A stretch of 63,518 bases of DNA, the filler included. It is 5 parts of 5 records of this genome, joined end to end, with 100 filler letters (N's around TTAATTAATTAA, not from the genome) between each part and the next. Parts side by side here need not be neighbours in the genome. Positions count along the whole stretch, not along the records: positions 1 to 27,995 come from DRR723986_8705; 4 more parts are not named here. One strand, given 5' to 3'. Each line of letters opens with the position of its first letter. Position 1 is the stretch's first letter. Below are positions 8,813 through 18,741 of the stretch, one piece after another. The notes under the pieces were generated by a model. It saw nothing but the letters and a program-made list of their open reading frames with translations. It had not been told where the DNA came from and made no database searches. Made by a program: the position numbers and the translations under genes.

Positions 8813-11215
8813 TTAGAACTGGATGCGCGCACCAAGATTGATGTTTGTCTGAGAAAGCGACCAATCCGCGTCATCAACCATGTCGGTCAGGAAAGCGGTT
8901 TGACGCAGTTCCACAAATCCAAAAATGCGTGGGACGATTGGGTAGGTCATGCCAATCCCGCCGAAGGCCCCAAATTGAAAACTATTGAGGCTGCTGAGAG
9001 CATCATCATAAACCTGGCGCTCATTGCTGCCCGTTTCGCGGAAGGTTAAGCCGCTCGGCGTCAGAATCCGGCGCGTAACTGTGACGCCGGAACCTACAGC
9101 AAAAGATGTCTGGATTCCCGCAGTCAGATAAAAGCGCTCAGTCAGGTAATACTCACCGCTGAATGCCAGTGACAAGTATACGTTCTGCAGCGTAAGCGCC
9201 GAAGCCTCCTGAACGACTTGCTGATTGGGCGGCGGAGTAAAAGTTGTTGTACTGTCCGGAGCGAGCAGCTCGCCACCAAAGGTGTCAAAAGCGAGGCGGG
9301 CCGTAGCGCCAAAACTCTGCGTCAATTTGATTCCGACAAGGCCGCCGACAAGGCCACCAACACCGGAGGCATCACTAAACGTACCTGGAGTTGATATTTC
9401 TCCGGTGGAGCTGAAATCAGCCTTCCAGGAATTGAAGCTCAGGTTTGCATATGCGCCCCAGTAGCGTAGCTTCTCAGGCGTACAGTCGGCCTGAGCACCG
9501 CGCTGCACCACAAATTGATACATACCCTCTGAGTGGTCAAATCGATAACAAACCGAATAGTCGGCAACATTGCCGGCCAGATCGGTAGCGCGAATGGCGG
9601 CACGGCCAAAGGTATTTGAGCGGCGGGCTGAGGCACTGATTTCTGCGAAGGGAGCACCCGGTTCCATTTTGGGAATGTTGATCGCCAGGTTTTCAGTTTC
9701 AAGTACCTGGACTTCGCGCAGTCCACGATCAAATGGACGTTCATCGCGCACATACATGATTAGAGAGTCACGTACGGAGCGGCCTTCCAGGCTGGGCGCC
9801 AGAGAGTCGGGCAGGTCGCGGACAACTCCAAAGTTTTGGCCTCCCATGTTGCCGTAAGCATCCCAGGCGTCGCGCTGCAGTCCAAAACCATAGGAATACA
9901 GGCCAAAGGGCACATCGGCTTCAATCAAATGTGTGCCCAGTGGGATCTGAAATTGTCCGATGAAATACGAAGAACGGCCGAAGCGGCGAAATTCGCGGCG
10001 TGAGATAGCACGTCCGTTAATACGCAGGGAGCCGGTGCCCTCGCGCGGAATAACAACGTTAAGGTAGTGCTGCCACGAGCCGTCAACAGGTGTTGCAATC
10101 AGGTAGCTGTCCAGAAACTGCTGCGAGGGACTCACGAGGATCATCATCGGATCACCGATGGAGTCGCCATTCTGGAACCCCTGTGCAAACTGAGCAACCA
10201 TCACCGGCTTATCGGCTTTTAGCTGTGTGTTGCGGCTGAAGTTGCGCTTTTCGTAGAATTCTCCCGCGTTAAGCGTCGCAATCTTCTTCTGATTCTCAAA
10301 TACAGTTGTGTTAGGCTCTGAGGCCAGCACACGCCAAGTAGAGGTTGACCGATTTGCCAACGTGCCGATAAAGAAATGACGGCCCCAGGAATGCAGTGGC
10401 GGGAGCTGTTCTACCAACAAATTACAGGCACGCGTTCCGGAGGGCACATGCGCACAGTTGTGACCGCTGAAGACGGCAATTTTCTTGTCGGCCTGAATCA
10501 GTGACCCGGTCAGGTCAGAATTTGTGCGTCTGTCAAATCCGGCCTTAAACTGATAGACGTCCCCGGCCTGTAAACGGATTACAAAGGGCTTATCCGCCGG
10601 CTTGCCTCCAAAGGTTCGGGCGCTGGGCGTGATGGTCACTTCGGTGTCGTCCTCGGTGGCTATGACGGCTACCTGAGAAATCAGATCGCTGGAAAGTTTG
10701 TCATAACACATTGCCATGTATTCCTTGCCCAACACATCTGCGGGCAGAGCCAGGTACGTGTCGGTCGTTTGGAAACGGCGATTCAGGCCGTAGACGGCAA
10801 TCGGAACATCGGATGTGATGTGCACAGCCAGGCGCTCAACTTCCTCATTACCACGCACCTGCGCAGCTGAATCTACAGCCACATTTACGACGGTACCGGC
10901 ACGCACGTTCACTTCGCGATAGAATGAAATCCCATCAATTTCGATTGTAACAATTGCGTTTTGCTTGGCCGTAAGGAAGAGGTTGAGTTCCAGTTCATCG
11001 GTGCGCTTGATAGGGTTGCTGTCGCGGTCAACATCAAAGTCACGGTAGTTGCGCTGGAAACAGATCCAGAACTCGGTACCTTCGGAATTTTTGAGCTGGG
11101 ACTCTGGAATAGCAGAAAGGTCGCCCTGGGGCGCTGCCAGTGCAGTACCACAGAATAGCAGGAATGCTGCCAGGCCAGATTGAATCAACAGACGGAACAT
11201 GAGCATGGACGCCAT
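8813..11215 (-). CDS. IgGFc-binding N-terminal-domain protein with C-terminal outer-membrane beta-barrel (paralog 1)
   Basis: Same motifs as 5393-7804 (YGLNRRFQTTDTYLALP, SGHNCA, GDPMMILVSP, DAYGNMGGQ); ends LGARIQF. Confidence 0.8.
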   Translation of the reverse strand: MASMLMFRLLIQSGLAAFLLFCGTALAAPQGDLSAIPESQLKNSEGTEFWICFQRNYRDFDVDRDSNPIKRTDELELNLFLTAKQNAIVTIEIDGISFYREVNVRAGTVVNVAVDSAAQVRGNEEVERLAVHITSDVPIAVYGLNRRFQTTDTYLALPADVLGKEYMAMCYDKLSSDLISQVAVIATEDDTEVTITPSARTFGGKPADKPFVIRLQAGDVYQFKAGFDRRTNSDLTGSLIQADKKIAVFSGHNCAHVPSGTRACNLLVEQLPPLHSWGRHFFIGTLANRSTSTWRVLASEPNTTVFENQKKIATLNAGEFYEKRNFSRNTQLKADKPVMVAQFAQGFQNGDSIGDPMMILVSPSQQFLDSYLIATPVDGSWQHYLNVVIPREGTGSLRINGRAISRREFRRFGRSSYFIGQFQIPLGTHLIEADVPFGLYSYGFGLQRDAWDAYGNMGGQNFGVVRDLPDSLAPSLEGRSVRDSLIMYVRDERPFDRGLREVQVLETENLAINIPKMEPGAPFAEISASARRSNTFGRAAIRATDLAGNVADYSVCYRFDHSEGMYQFVVQRGAQADCTPEKLRYWGAYANLSFNSWKADFSSTGEISTPGTFSDASGVGGLVGGLVGIKLTQSFGATARLAFDTFGGELLAPDSTTTFTPPPNQQVVQEASALTLQNVYLSLAFSGEYYLTERFYLTAGIQTSFAVGSGVTVTRRILTPSGLTFRETGSNERQVYDDALSSLNSFQFGAFGGIGMTYPIVPRIFGFVELRQTAFLTDMVDDADWSLSQTNINLGARIQF

Positions 11216-11979
11216 TAACGCAGATGTTGGAAAGGCAGGGTATAAACGCCGTTTGGCGTTTCCATGAGCAGTAAATACATCCCCTGCGCCAGATACAGTT
11301 CTGTCTTGGCAGGATCAAATTTCCAGAGGTTCTGGCCACGCGAGCCTATGACGGTTTCGGCAAACACATTAATACCACCGAATGTAAACACCGTAAAGCG
11401 CACCTCTACATTGTCGGCAGCTAAGGTATATTGAAATTCAGTGTCGGTAAAAAATGGATTGGGGAAGTTGCCACCAAGGCTTTCAGCGTCTTCAAAAACG
11501 ACGGGTGTTGACGTTACGATCACTTTTCCGGGTGTACTGTCCAGTATCAGTAGAGGCTCGTCCTGCCTTCGGGCAGCATCCAGCGTAATTTCGCCCACCA
11601 GCTCCGCCGAGCGGACGGATCGAATTTCGAGTGTGCAAAAACGGCCTTCACCGGCAGAAGCATTAGAGCATTCGATCGTCAGCAACCCGATTGTCGGGTC
11701 CAGGCCATCGAGTCGCTGATCAAATCCGATCGGATCACAAGCAAACAGATCTCCATCAGCGCGCCGCACACCCAGAACTTCAAAGACCTGGGCGTTGTAA
11801 CTGAACTCCAAACTGAGCGATCCGGCAGCAGATTGCTCAATTTTGCCGCTTACATCCAGCCCTACTATCTGGCTGCCGTCCGTTGTGACTTCGCCTACCG
11901 ACACCACGACTTGTGCCTGGATTACCACAGGCAAAAAGGCAACAGCGAGCCAGCATATCCAATTCTTAAGCATCGTCAT
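11215..11979 (-). CDS. Secreted cohesin-like domain protein with T9SS type-A-like C-terminal domain
   Basis: Signal peptide; SLEFSYNAQVFEV cohesin-like strand pattern; NFPNPF...F.YTL...GMYLL CTD; stop overlaps next start (TAATG). Confidence 0.65.
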   Translation of the reverse strand: MTMLKNWICWLAVAFLPVVIQAQVVVSVGEVTTDGSQIVGLDVSGKIEQSAAGSLSLEFSYNAQVFEVLGVRRADGDLFACDPIGFDQRLDGLDPTIGLLTIECSNASAGEGRFCTLEIRSVRSAELVGEITLDAARRQDEPLLILDSTPGKVIVTSTPVVFEDAESLGGNFPNPFFTDTEFQYTLAADNVEVRFTVFTFGGINVFAETVIGSRGQNLWKFDPAKTELYLAQGMYLLLMETPNGVYTLPFQHLR

Positions 11980-12054
11980 CCTACGTGTTTCCTGAATCCC
12001 AGGCCCGGAAGTTACAATCTAACGGGCGTAGAAACAATCTCGATTCCGATGACC

Positions 12055-12453
12055 CTATAATTCATTCTCTGGAATTTGCGCTTCGACCTCAACTTCTATC
12101 AAGGCATCCGGGTGTGCCAGAGCACTAACGGCCACCATGGTTGCCGCCGGGCGAATAGTACTGAAGACCTCGCGATGTGCACGCCCGACTTCATCCGAAT
12201 GCGCAAAATCAACGATGTACATCCGTGTGCGTGTGACGTGCTCAAGCCGCGAGCCGGCTTCTTCCAGCGCGCGTTTGATGATTTCCAGGGCCCGTTGCGT
12301 TTGGCGGTGCGGGTCGTTTTTTGTGTCAATCTCTCCATCCAGCCCAATCGCCAAAGTACCGGCCACGTAAACCATGTTGGCGCGCCGCAGCGCGCGGCTG
12401 TATCCAACGCGGTCTTCCCATACAGCGCCACTTGAAACTCGCTTGTCCTGCAT
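12055..12453 (-). CDS. RidA/YjgF family protein
   Basis: WEDRVGYSRA, VYVAGT, RTRMY, RPAATMV, LIEVEVEA. Confidence 0.9.
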   Translation of the reverse strand: MQDKRVSSGAVWEDRVGYSRALRRANMVYVAGTLAIGLDGEIDTKNDPHRQTQRALEIIKRALEEAGSRLEHVTRTRMYIVDFAHSDEVGRAHREVFSTIRPAATMVAVSALAHPDALIEVEVEAQIPENEL

Positions 12454-12661
12454 TGTGGTCCTCTAAGCTTGTGTTTAAGATTTTTTGACTCTGGATATAT
12501 AAATGCCTCAACGCTGGTCGATACGGGCAATAGTCGGTATTATTTGACTGATCAACTTGCCGCAATTCAAGGCAGCGATAATTGGATGTGCGCAATTGGC
12601 AGGCTTTGATTAGGTTTGGGGTTTAAGTACCCCGCCAGGTTGTTTAACTAATTCTTCGCAT

Positions 12662-13705
12662 ATGACCAGACTTGCAGGTCCTTTGCTAAAAATGCTGACA
12701 CTCTTTGGGCTGCGGGCCTTCATTGTTTGCGCTATAGTTTGCGCTTTGGCAGTTGTACCGTCGGAGCTTGCAGGCGCAGATTTGACCGGCAACTCATATT
12801 TGCCGTCCGAAAGCGAAAACGGATCAGATTTGACTGATAGCCTTGAAGCACAGAGTATCATCGACAGTACGGCAATGGGTTCCGGGAATGATTCGGACAC
12901 AGAGGCTGACGCAGAGGCTGCCAAACGGGATGATGTTCTGACGGCTCCGCTGTTTGAGCGGCTGGAGAAAGTCTTTTGGCCGGACTTCCTGATTTTTGTT
13001 GAAGACAATCTGCTCTATTTTTCAGGCCCGCTGCGCTGGGATCAACGCGACTGGTCGTATATGGGCGGCATGGCCGCGCTGCAAACGGTGCAGATAGCCT
13101 GGCTGGACGACCCCACGCGCGACCTTGTGATGCGCAATAATCGCAATGAAGGCGTGCGTGATGTTGTGGACCTGCTCGAAATTTATGGCGACGTTGGCAT
13201 TGCCACCATCGGCGGTGCCGCTGTCTACTCAGTTGGCTTTTTTAGCGGCAGCCAGGACATAAGAGAATTGGGACTTGTACTGACCGAGTCAATTTTTGCG
13301 AGTGGCGTCCTGGCTTTGGGCGTGCGCTACGTTGCCGGCCGCAGCCGACCATTCTCTGGAGACGGCCCCGGCAAGTTCAATTGGTTTGAGGGAGACTTTG
13401 AGCTGCAGGCATGGCCATCTGGTCACGTGATTCTTGCGTTTGGAGTCTCGTCGGCTGTGGCCGGCTTCATAGATGAACCTTGGGCCTATGCGACGTTTTA
13501 TGGTCTGGCCGGCATTGTGGGACTCAGCCGCGTTTACACGAACGATCACTGGGGATCCGACGTCACATTGGCGACGCTGATGGGTATTTCATCTGGGGTC
13601 TTTGCGCTCAATCGTTTGGAAGAGCGACGCAATCCGGGAGCCAAAAAATCAGGACTTGAGCTACGCGCCGGCCTGGGCAGCCTGCATATGCGCTGGCGAT
13701 TTTAG
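12662..13705 (+). CDS. PAP2-family phosphatase
   Basis: GRSRP, PSGH, SRVYTNDHWGSDV PAP2 motifs; N-terminal signal and acidic linker. Confidence 0.85.
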   Translation: MTRLAGPLLKMLTLFGLRAFIVCAIVCALAVVPSELAGADLTGNSYLPSESENGSDLTDSLEAQSIIDSTAMGSGNDSDTEADAEAAKRDDVLTAPLFERLEKVFWPDFLIFVEDNLLYFSGPLRWDQRDWSYMGGMAALQTVQIAWLDDPTRDLVMRNNRNEGVRDVVDLLEIYGDVGIATIGGAAVYSVGFFSGSQDIRELGLVLTESIFASGVLALGVRYVAGRSRPFSGDGPGKFNWFEGDFELQAWPSGHVILAFGVSSAVAGFIDEPWAYATFYGLAGIVGLSRVYTNDHWGSDVTLATLMGISSGVFALNRLEERRNPGAKKSGLELRAGLGSLHMRWRF

Positions 13706-13761
13706 ATGAATTCGCAGGAGCGTTGAGCAGTTGAATGCAGGTTGAGAGCATCCAGCCGCGG

Positions 13762-14277
13762 CTAAATCATCCCGAAAAACCATTTCTGAACAAGATCCTC
13801 ACCCTCGGACTTGAGCTTGCCACGCAGGCAGGGAATGTAATTTCCGCGGCGGTCGATCACGGAAACCATCAGGGTGCAGTCCTGGGTATCAGCGCCTTCA
13901 GTCATTTGGAAAGTGAAGGTTTCGGCATAACGCATGTCTGTTGGTTTGGCATTGCGAACAAATGTCTGAATTTCCATGCCGCTATTGCTGTAGGCCGTGA
14001 AACTGGCATCCGGATCCATGTTGGCTGGAGCCGAAGAACTTATGGAGCAGAAATTGCGCTCGGTCAGGTCAACAAGCGTGAGCAGGTATGGCGTCTCACC
14101 AACGCGCCGACCATTGATATACACGTCGGCAGTGTCGCCGTCCTGCGTCTCAATCAGGAAAATCATGTTATCGAATCGGAGTTGCTGCGCTTCCGCCTCA
14201 GTGCCAATCAAAAAAATCATGCAGAAAAGGCTGCTTAGAAAAAGTCGTGTTATTGGTGGTCGGCTGATCGTATGCAT
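13762..14277 (-). CDS. Secreted hypothetical protein with PEGA-like motif
   Basis: Signal peptide ending AEA-Q; ADVYINGRRVGETP; start may be 14277 or 14292. Confidence 0.6.
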   Translation of the reverse strand: MHTISRPPITRLFLSSLFCMIFLIGTEAEAQQLRFDNMIFLIETQDGDTADVYINGRRVGETPYLLTLVDLTERNFCSISSSAPANMDPDASFTAYSNSGMEIQTFVRNAKPTDMRYAETFTFQMTEGADTQDCTLMVSVIDRRGNYIPCLRGKLKSEGEDLVQKWFFGMI

Positions 14278-14547
14278 GTACGTTAATCCCAATGGGTTAC
14301 GGAAGACTGCAGGCCAGAAATTTAGCTGATTAGCAAGGCGAACGCAAGCAATTTTTGGCCCTAAGGAATAATTTTAGGTGAAGTGGAAGACACGCACACA
14401 GTAACAAATCGCAGCATAAACGATACAAAACTTGAGATTATGCCGTATTTCCTGCATTTTTCGGGATACGAACGAGCCACGCCACTGAAATAATACTTTC
14501 AGGAACTGTGTGCTTTACTTGCCTGCCGCTATTGAGATCTAATTACC

Positions 14548-16593
14548 ATGCACAAAGACGCAGAACACAGACTGCCGGAGACAAGCTATTTTCTGCTGGG
14601 AAACGGTCACATTCAAGCCGCAATCCAGGTATCGGCCTGTGAGGACGTCAGCCCGAGTGCCGTCCTCTTCTCCCCACCTGGAATGGCAGCACAGGCCAAA
14701 CATCTCTGGTTGGGCTATGATGCGGCGGACGGATTTGGCGCCACGCAGCTTTCGATCACTATTGGTGAACATACCCTGCGGGCCGACGGCCGCACCTGCA
14801 CACGCCGCTGGGTTAGCAATGATGGCATTCCCGCAGTTGAGATTGGCTGGACCAGTCCCCTGATCAACGTTCGTGAACGATTTTTCTGCCCCGACCGCCG
14901 CCAGGCACTCCTCCTGCGTGAGATTCGATTAACCAATCCAAACAAAAAACGTGTTACCCTGGAAATGCGCACGGGAACGGGAGACCAACAAATTTCCGAA
15001 CGCCTGCGCCTGGATGCCTACGCACGCAAGCGCCTGACAGTCGCCTACCGCCTGGATGAGAACAACAAAATCCAGAGTTCAATGGTGACGTGGAGCTCGC
15101 CGCTGATTGCAGATGTGCGCACCTGGGACAAATTCCTGCAGTGTTATTGTTTTGATGATCGTTTTGCCCGTGCGATTTCCGCGGCGCGCACCCAAGTTGG
15201 TGCACAATACCGTGCCGATGGTTTTGGCGACAGTCGCCTCTGGAGCTCACAAGCAGCGCGGACGGCCAATGACGCTGAGATGTTCAGTGGCCTGCTGTTG
15301 AGCGGTTATCATGAGACGGCACGCGCAGTATTGCAGCAGGTGTTTCAGCAGGAAGACGGCAAACGCGGCAGCCTCTCCGACCTGCACCATCTGGAGCGCG
15401 CAGCCTGGCTGACGGCAACGCGCGACTACTGCCTGTGGACGCGCGACGATCAAACAATTCGCGAGTTGTGGCCAAAACTAAGCGCACTCGCGGAGCAGCT
15501 GTTGAGTTTAAGCAGCCACAAACGCGCTACAAGTGCCTTGACTGCAACAGCGCACTTTTGGGCCGCCGATGCCGATAGCCTGGAGTTTTGTGATGCAGTC
15601 CTGATTTCCCAGGCGCTGCAAGCTGCAAGTGAGCTGGCCGCGAACGTAGATGAGTTAAGCGGCAGTGAACACTGGGCCCGGCAAGCACAAAAGTTGCAGT
15701 CAGCCGCCCGAGAGCTGTTGGAACGGCGCCACGCAGAACGCAGTGCCAAGTCTGAAGCGACCGATCCAGCGGCAGGCTCCGAAGCTGAGCCGGAAAACAC
15801 GCAGAACGCCCCCGCCAATTCTGCGGCCAATTCCGCGGCCGATTCCGGCCACAAGTCCGATACTCCCAAAGCTGAAGCTTTGGCCTGCTTGAGCGCCAAG
15901 GCATTCGCACAGTATTGGGAGGCCGCGCCGGACAGCCACGCACAAAACTTTTTTGCTGAATTCGAACACCTCTGGGACCAAACCTGGCGCGGAGGCGGCT
16001 ACGGACGTTTTGACGCCACCTTCGAACAGGATGCGCAGCAAATCCCTGCCGGCGCGCGGCCGCTCTGTTCACTTTGGGTGGCGCAGGCAGCCGTAGAACT
16101 GGAGCAGCCCACCGAAGCTTCACGCGTGCTCGAATGGCTGCTGGGACTGGAATCAATGCCCGGCAGTTGGTTTGAAGTTGAGTCGCCAAACACGACTGCT
16201 ACGCCGGCTGCAAGTAAAAACGCCGAAGCAGCGGCTGACAGTCCTCAGCCGGCCCTGGATCCGACGGCCTGGTCGGCATTGCTGCGACTGTTTATCTATC
16301 ACATCTTTGGTATTCACCCCACGTGGGAGGGCGTGCGCATCCGTCCGCGCCTGCTGCGTGGCTGCGAGCAGGTTCGCATTTCAATCCCAATTCGTCAGAC
16401 GGTTCTGGTACTGATTATCCACGCCGCGTCAAGCGAAGGCAGTTTTGAGGCGCGCCTCAATGAAAAACGTCTGGAAGTTACGGGGCCTGAAATCAGCCTG
16501 GCACTGGACCAGCCTGAACAAGTTCTTGAACTCTTTTTGCCTTCTCCCAATAGCGGGCGCGAAGAGCCAAATTCATTGCATTTTGTTATATAA
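14548..16593 (+). CDS. Six-hairpin glycosidase-like hypothetical protein (apparently divergent)
   Basis: YFLLGNG N-terminus; DYCLWTRD..IRELWP, GGGYGR, HIFGIHP...IRPRL pattern of (alpha/alpha)6 GH-like proteins with C-terminal beta domain. Confidence 0.55.
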   Translation: MHKDAEHRLPETSYFLLGNGHIQAAIQVSACEDVSPSAVLFSPPGMAAQAKHLWLGYDAADGFGATQLSITIGEHTLRADGRTCTRRWVSNDGIPAVEIGWTSPLINVRERFFCPDRRQALLLREIRLTNPNKKRVTLEMRTGTGDQQISERLRLDAYARKRLTVAYRLDENNKIQSSMVTWSSPLIADVRTWDKFLQCYCFDDRFARAISAARTQVGAQYRADGFGDSRLWSSQAARTANDAEMFSGLLLSGYHETARAVLQQVFQQEDGKRGSLSDLHHLERAAWLTATRDYCLWTRDDQTIRELWPKLSALAEQLLSLSSHKRATSALTATAHFWAADADSLEFCDAVLISQALQAASELAANVDELSGSEHWARQAQKLQSAARELLERRHAERSAKSEATDPAAGSEAEPENTQNAPANSAANSAADSGHKSDTPKAEALACLSAKAFAQYWEAAPDSHAQNFFAEFEHLWDQTWRGGGYGRFDATFEQDAQQIPAGARPLCSLWVAQAAVELEQPTEASRVLEWLLGLESMPGSWFEVESPNTTATPAASKNAEAAADSPQPALDPTAWSALLRLFIYHIFGIHPTWEGVRIRPRLLRGCEQVRISIPIRQTVLVLIIHAASSEGSFEARLNEKRLEVTGPEISLALDQPEQVLELFLPSPNSGREEPNSLHFVI

Positions 16594-16692
16594 TTTTTTT
16601 GACTCCACCACAATTTGCTTCCGGTTTTCTGCGTCATCGAATTCTTGGGTGTGAAAGCCACACCGCGTTTTTTAGGCAGATCAGGATGACGT

Positions 16693-18387
16693 ATGAAATT
16701 TTCTGAGTTCCCCTATTCGCGCCCGGACATGGATGCGCTAGAATCATCTTTCAACAAGCTCCTGAGCGCCTTTAATGACGCGCAGACAGCGGACGAGCAG
16801 GCTGCGGTGTTGGAGCAAATCACTGAACTGCGCACCGAATATCAAACCAATCGCGACCTGGCCGAATGCCGGCACACGATCGACACACGCGACGAGTTCT
16901 ATGATAAAGAACAGACTTTCTTTGATAACGAAGGTCCGCGTTATACAGAACTGCTTAGTCGCCTCAACAAAAGCAAAGTTAACTCGCGCTTCCGCAAAGA
17001 ACTGGAAGAGCGCTTTGGTAAGCAGCTATTTGTCCTGAGCGAACTTTCGCTCAAGACCTTTAAGCCTGAGATTCTGGACGACCTAAAACGCGAAAACCAG
17101 CTGAAGAGTGAATACACCAAATTGCTTGCCTCAGCCAAAGTGAAGTTCGATGGTGGTGAGCACACACTCTCGGGCATGTTTCCCTATGAAACCAGTGAAG
17201 ATCGCTCGGTACGCCGCGATGCATCACACACAAAGTGGGGTTTCTTTGCAGAAAACAAGGCCGAGCTGGATAGAATATTTGACGAACTTGTTAAAACCCG
17301 CAATACCATTGCCAAAAAGCTGGGCCACAAAAACTACGTGGAAACCGGCTATGCGCGCTTAACACGTTCAGATTACAACGCTGCCGACGTAGCTGTCTTT
17401 CGTGAAAATGTCCGTAAATATATTGTTCCGGCTGCGACGCGATTACGCGAACGTCAGGCCAAGCGCCTCGGTCTTGACCGTTTGGAAATCTACGACGACG
17501 CAGTTCAATTTAAAAGCGGTAACGCCAAACCGCAGGGCCCGCCGGAGTGGATTGTTGAGCGTGGAACGGAGATGTATTCGGAGCTGTCACCCGAAACCAA
17601 GGAGTTTTTTGATTTCATGCGCAAGGGTGAGTTGATGGACCTCGTCGGCAAACCCGGCAAAGCACCCGGAGGATATTGCACGACATTTGTTAAATACAAA
17701 GCACCATTCATCTACTCAAATTTTAACGGGACGTCGGGTGATATTGATGTGTTAACTCACGAGGCTGGACACGCTTTTCAGGTTTATTCCAGCCTGGATC
17801 AGCCTCAATTGGAGTACCACTGGCCAACCTATGAAGCTTGCGAGATCCACTCGATGAGCATGGAGTTTATTACCTGGCCGTGGATGCACAAATTCTTTGG
17901 CGACGATACTGACAAGTACAAGTTTGCGCATTTGAGCGGTGCGCTCTTGTTTATTCCTTATGGCGTAGCAATTGACGAATTCCAGCATTTTGTTTACGAG
18001 AATCCTGAGGCGACACCGGATCAGCGTCATGCAGAATGGCGACGTCTGGAATCGGTGTATCTGCCCCATCGCAATTGTGGCGGTATCGAAATTCTTGAAC
18101 TGGGTGGTGCTTGGTTAAAACAAGCACACATTTTCCAGGAGCCATTTTATTACATCGACTATACGCTGGCGCAAATCTGCGCTTTCCAATTTTGGAAACG
18201 TTCACGCGAAGATCGTGGAACAGCATGGCAGGATTATGTTAAGCTGTGCCGCGCTGGTGGTTCACAATCCTTCCTCGATCTTGTTAAGCTCGCCGGCCTG
18301 CACTCGCCCTTTGACCCTGAGTCAATCACGGGGGTTATTGGTGACATTGAAGCCTGGCTGGACAGCGTCGACGATATGGCTCTCTAA
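16693..18387 (+). CDS. M3-family oligoendopeptidase (PepF-like)
   Basis: MKFSEFPYSRPD start, GKAPGGYCT, HEAGH zinc motif, EIHSMSME, PFYYIDY. Confidence 0.95.
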   Translation: MKFSEFPYSRPDMDALESSFNKLLSAFNDAQTADEQAAVLEQITELRTEYQTNRDLAECRHTIDTRDEFYDKEQTFFDNEGPRYTELLSRLNKSKVNSRFRKELEERFGKQLFVLSELSLKTFKPEILDDLKRENQLKSEYTKLLASAKVKFDGGEHTLSGMFPYETSEDRSVRRDASHTKWGFFAENKAELDRIFDELVKTRNTIAKKLGHKNYVETGYARLTRSDYNAADVAVFRENVRKYIVPAATRLRERQAKRLGLDRLEIYDDAVQFKSGNAKPQGPPEWIVERGTEMYSELSPETKEFFDFMRKGELMDLVGKPGKAPGGYCTTFVKYKAPFIYSNFNGTSGDIDVLTHEAGHAFQVYSSLDQPQLEYHWPTYEACEIHSMSMEFITWPWMHKFFGDDTDKYKFAHLSGALLFIPYGVAIDEFQHFVYENPEATPDQRHAEWRRLESVYLPHRNCGGIEILELGGAWLKQAHIFQEPFYYIDYTLAQICAFQFWKRSREDRGTAWQDYVKLCRAGGSQSFLDLVKLAGLHSPFDPESITGVIGDIEAWLDSVDDMAL

Positions 18388-18464
18388 GCCAATCACTCAA
18401 CCACTCAACGCATAACACTTAACATTTTGACAGCGGACGATTAACTGCTGTGGCTTTAAAACAG

Positions 18465-18503
18465 AAACGCCGATTATCACAATTGATAGTCGGCGTTTTT
18501 TTT
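18465..18503 (+). terminator. Rho-independent terminator
   Basis: AAACGCCGATTATCA-CAAT-TGATAGTCGGCG followed by T8. Confidence 0.85.
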
Positions 18504-18741
18504 ATTCTTAACAAATCTATTGCTCTTGGCTTGGACCTGTTTTAAGGGGCTTGAGCATTGAGCAGGCTTTTTGAGTTTTCTTGTTAGTACCGCTTAAACA
18601 TCTGAGACTACTGTTAACAAAACTGCCAGGCTCAATCGAGCACTCTGTTGTAGAAATGCAAATCCGCTTAATCTACCACAAATCTTCAAGCCTCAATATT
18701 TGCAGTCAGTTCCCAATGCTTAAACGGCAAGTTAAAAGCAC

